IMG/VR virus record: IMGVR_UViG_3300042560_001826
Span: 32,001-96,000 of that record
Length of the DNA: 64,000 bases
Source of the DNA: a virus
Reading direction: 5' to 3' (one strand)
The position numbers were made by a program, and so were the translations under genes. The notes under the pieces are model-generated. The model worked only from the letters and a program-made list of their open reading frames with translations. It did no database searches and was not told where the DNA came from. Shown piece by piece: positions 61,802 to 64,000 of this stretch; position 1 is the first letter of the stretch; each line of letters starts with the position of its first letter.

Positions 61802-62557
61802 TTAGGGATTGCTTATTATATTAAAATTAATCATGGGCTTGCTTGTATGCTGAGCAATATTATTTTCTCCAACTATAATAATTTTATAACCGAGAGATTC
61901 AATATATTGATATAATTCTTTTCTTCTTGGTTGAAACCATGGCTTATAAGTCCAAGCTTCAAAAATAATTGGTGGATAATTATTTTCTTCTAATGTTTTC
62001 AAACTACCTTTAATGACATTCAATTCAAGTCCTTCAACATCAATCTTGATTAATTTAACATTATTAAACTTATAATCATCTAATACTTCAATTTGCATTT
62101 CTTCAACTGCACCAACAGTTGCGCATTCATAATTATTATTACGGACTTCCATATCTAAACTAAATGCACCGATATTGGTTTCTTTTGCATAATCCGGAAC
62201 TACTGTTTTAATAGTATCTCTTTCATCTGATAGACCTTTATTTATTGCATATACATTATCAATGGCATTAATAATAATATTTGAACATAGCTGATAGTAG
62301 ATAATTCTTTGAGGCTCAAAGGAATAAAATTTTAGTGCTGGAAATAGTTTTGCAACCGGGATCACATAACTTCCAAGATTTGCACCAATATCTAAAACAC
62401 ATCCATCTTGTGAATCTCCGATCAATGCTTTAGAAACTTCTTCTAGATGAGATTCATAACCACCGCCACTTCTTAAGGCGTTTGAAATGATATCTGGTTT
62501 ATTAAAAATAATAAACTGACAGTCTTTGTAGTTGATTATTGATGTATCAGGTAACAT
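61802..62557 (-). CDS. FkbM-family SAM-dependent methyltransferase
   Basis: VLDIGANLG, FEPQ, IKIDVEGLE. Confidence 0.9.
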   Translation of the reverse strand: MLPDTSIINYKDCQFIIFNKPDIISNALRSGGGYESHLEEVSKALIGDSQDGCVLDIGANLGSYVIPVAKLFPALKFYSFEPQRIIYYQLCSNIIINAIDNVYAINKGLSDERDTIKTVVPDYAKETNIGAFSLDMEVRNNNYECATVGAVEEMQIEVLDDYKFNNVKLIKIDVEGLELNVIKGSLKTLEENNYPPIIFEAWTYKPWFQPRRKELYQYIESLGYKIIIVGENNIAQHTSKPMINFNIISNP

Positions 62558-62567
62558 ATTTCCTCCG

Positions 62568-62639
62568 AGCCCGATGCAGGAATTGAACCTGCGACCACCC
62601 GCTTACAAGGCGGGAGCTCTACCTCTGAGCTAATCGGGC
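62568..62639 (-). tRNA. tRNA-Thr(UGU)
   Basis: GCCCGAT/ATCGGGC; CCCGC-CT-TGT-AA-GCGGG; GCAGG-TTCAATT-CCTGC. Confidence 0.95.
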
Positions 62640-62643
62640 ATTG

Positions 62644-62725
62644 TGCTCTCACTGGGACTTGAACCCAGAGGTCTAAAGACGAGAGATTTTAAGTCTCCTG
62701 CGTTTGCCAGTTTCGCCATGAGAGC
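62644..62725 (-). tRNA. tRNA-Leu(UAA)
   Basis: GCTCTCA/TGAGAGC; GGAGA-CT-TAA-AA-TCTCT; long variable arm; CTGGG-TTCAAGT-CCCAG. Confidence 0.93.
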
Positions 62726-63200
62726 TTGATTTCTTCTTTCTTATCTTTCTACTTACTCTTTTCTTTTTTTCATTTGGTATTTTTGGTAATGGCATTGTTG
62801 GTGCAATAATATCAGATAAGCGATCTATTACTCTTTCTATTTGATACTCAACAGAATTGACTGTGGATTGAATAATCTTTCTTCCGTGAACATCCTCTTC
62901 AAATGGCTCAAGAGCCTGCATTGCTGCTTCTGTAATTGGTGAGAAGTAGCAGTGTAGCAATTCATGAACAATTGTATTTCTTAGATTTTCCGGTTTTTCT
63001 TTTCTATAATCTTTGTGTAGTGAGATAACAGCGCAGTGCTGACCATAGGTTACATCACACTCGCCAAGCGAATCGTTTGCACAAGGCTTGCGATAGAGAG
63101 TAATTTTCCACTCCCCAAGATTCATCTTCCTTCTTACAATTTGAACATAGGAATTAATCCAAGGCTCAATGTGAGAAGTGCTTGATTTAGTGCGACTCAT
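62673..63200 (-). CDS. Zincin-like metallopeptidase domain protein
   Basis: TIVHELLH; basic C-terminal tail runs into tRNA-Leu. Confidence 0.65.
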   Translation of the reverse strand: MSRTKSSTSHIEPWINSYVQIVRRKMNLGEWKITLYRKPCANDSLGECDVTYGQHCAVISLHKDYRKEKPENLRNTIVHELLHCYFSPITEAAMQALEPFEEDVHGRKIIQSTVNSVEYQIERVIDRLSDIIAPTMPLPKIPNEKKKRVSRKIRKKKSSSHGETGKRRRLKISRL

Positions 63201-63592
63201 TCAAGAACTTTTCTACCGGCATCAATAAGTTTGAAGCCGTGCTCTCTATCGTAAAGGAGATATTCGTAAACTGAAAGATCAAAGAAGTTTTTTACTTCTT
63301 CAAGTACAAGGGGTGCATTTAATTCTGAGCAGGTATAGAGATCAAATTGAACAAGATATGGCTCAGTTTCATCCCAGACATGAAATGCAATATGTGATGT
63401 TTCAATCATCACAGTAGCTGTCATCCCGCGATTTCCCTCAGCATCAACATATGCAGAGAATGGACCGCGAATAATCTTCATTCCAATTTTTTCAACAAAA
63501 TCCTTTAGCCAATAATAAACGACTTCTTGATCTTTTGGCGGATTCTTACAGTGTCCTCTGATAAGAATATGTTTATGTAATGGTGCTTTCAC
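63197..63592 (-). CDS. speD: S-adenosylmethionine decarboxylase proenzyme
   Basis: GMTATVMIETSHIAFHVW...FDLYTC. Confidence 0.85.
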   Translation of the reverse strand: MKAPLHKHILIRGHCKNPPKDQEVVYYWLKDFVEKIGMKIIRGPFSAYVDAEGNRGMTATVMIETSHIAFHVWDETEPYLVQFDLYTCSELNAPLVLEEVKNFFDLSVYEYLLYDREHGFKLIDAGRKVLE

Positions 63593-63999
63593 GATTCCTC
63601 CAGTTTAAGCATAAAAGTATTATCTAACCACATTAGTGCAATAATAGAATAACCTATGATATCAAGAAATGTATCATATAGGCTTTCGCCAGGAACAGCA
63701 TTTTCCATATTTTGTTTTGTTAAAAGATTTTCTGCTCTGGCAATCTTGTCATGAATTCTAATAACCAATCCTGTAATTCCAAACATAGCAATATTATGAT
63801 GACCATAATCTTTTTGTTTACGAATTACAGTAAGTACAACATCAAGCATTTTAATTTTTGAATCGGGATAGATTTTGTCTATTGCGTTTATTGCGTTTAC
63901 AGCCATCGCACACCATAAAAATCTATGCTCAATTTTTCTAGGGGTGAAGTCTTCTTTATCAATATTATCAACATTAGATTTAATTTTTTGAAGATACAA
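63589..63999 (-). CDS. DUF1599/nucleotide-modification-associated domain protein (5' end probably outside the window)
   Basis: KQKDYG...IRIHDKIAR...DTFLDIIGY. Confidence 0.65.
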   Translation of the reverse strand: MYLQKIKSNVDNIDKEDFTPRKIEHRFLWCAMAVNAINAIDKIYPDSKIKMLDVVLTVIRKQKDYGHHNIAMFGITGLVIRIHDKIARAENLLTKQNMENAVPGESLYDTFLDIIGYSIIALMWLDNTFMLKLEES

Positions 64000-64000
64000 A

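Noticed and set aside
1-64000. Stop-codon recoding
   Set aside because: Core genes are full-length in the standard code, all three stops are used, and no suppressor tRNA was found.

Overview
A 64-kb segment of a large, AT-rich tailed phage genome, probably infecting an actinobacterium (two WhiB genes, Gram-positive-type LexA boxes; gene order recalls large Streptomyces-type siphoviruses, which is my inference). Left to right: (1) tail module, 1-9.4 kb; (2) replication, recombination and packaging genes, 9.4-33 kb (DnaB, primase, SSB, DnaE, RecA, MazG, C5 methylase, Cas4, RuvC, glycosyltransferases, terminase); (3) about 45 mostly short, co-oriented hypothetical genes plus tRNA-Arg and structured RNAs, 33.4-52.6 kb; (4) an unusual region, 53-60 kb, of stand-alone cassettes encoding two families of small basic paralogues, separated by spacers holding about 38 GTAA-NN-TTAC palindromes (hand count), LexA boxes and conserved hairpins; (5) a ~230-nt structured element at 60.0-60.25 kb carrying a 23/24 match to 23S rRNA helix 69 and a 10-mer from the 16S rRNA 3' end, a candidate rRNA-mimic RNA; (6) a minus-strand block with four tRNAs (one a D-armless Ile-UAU), a 2OG oxygenase, an FkbM methyltransferase and SpeD. 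All calls come from reading motifs by eye; no database searches were run.
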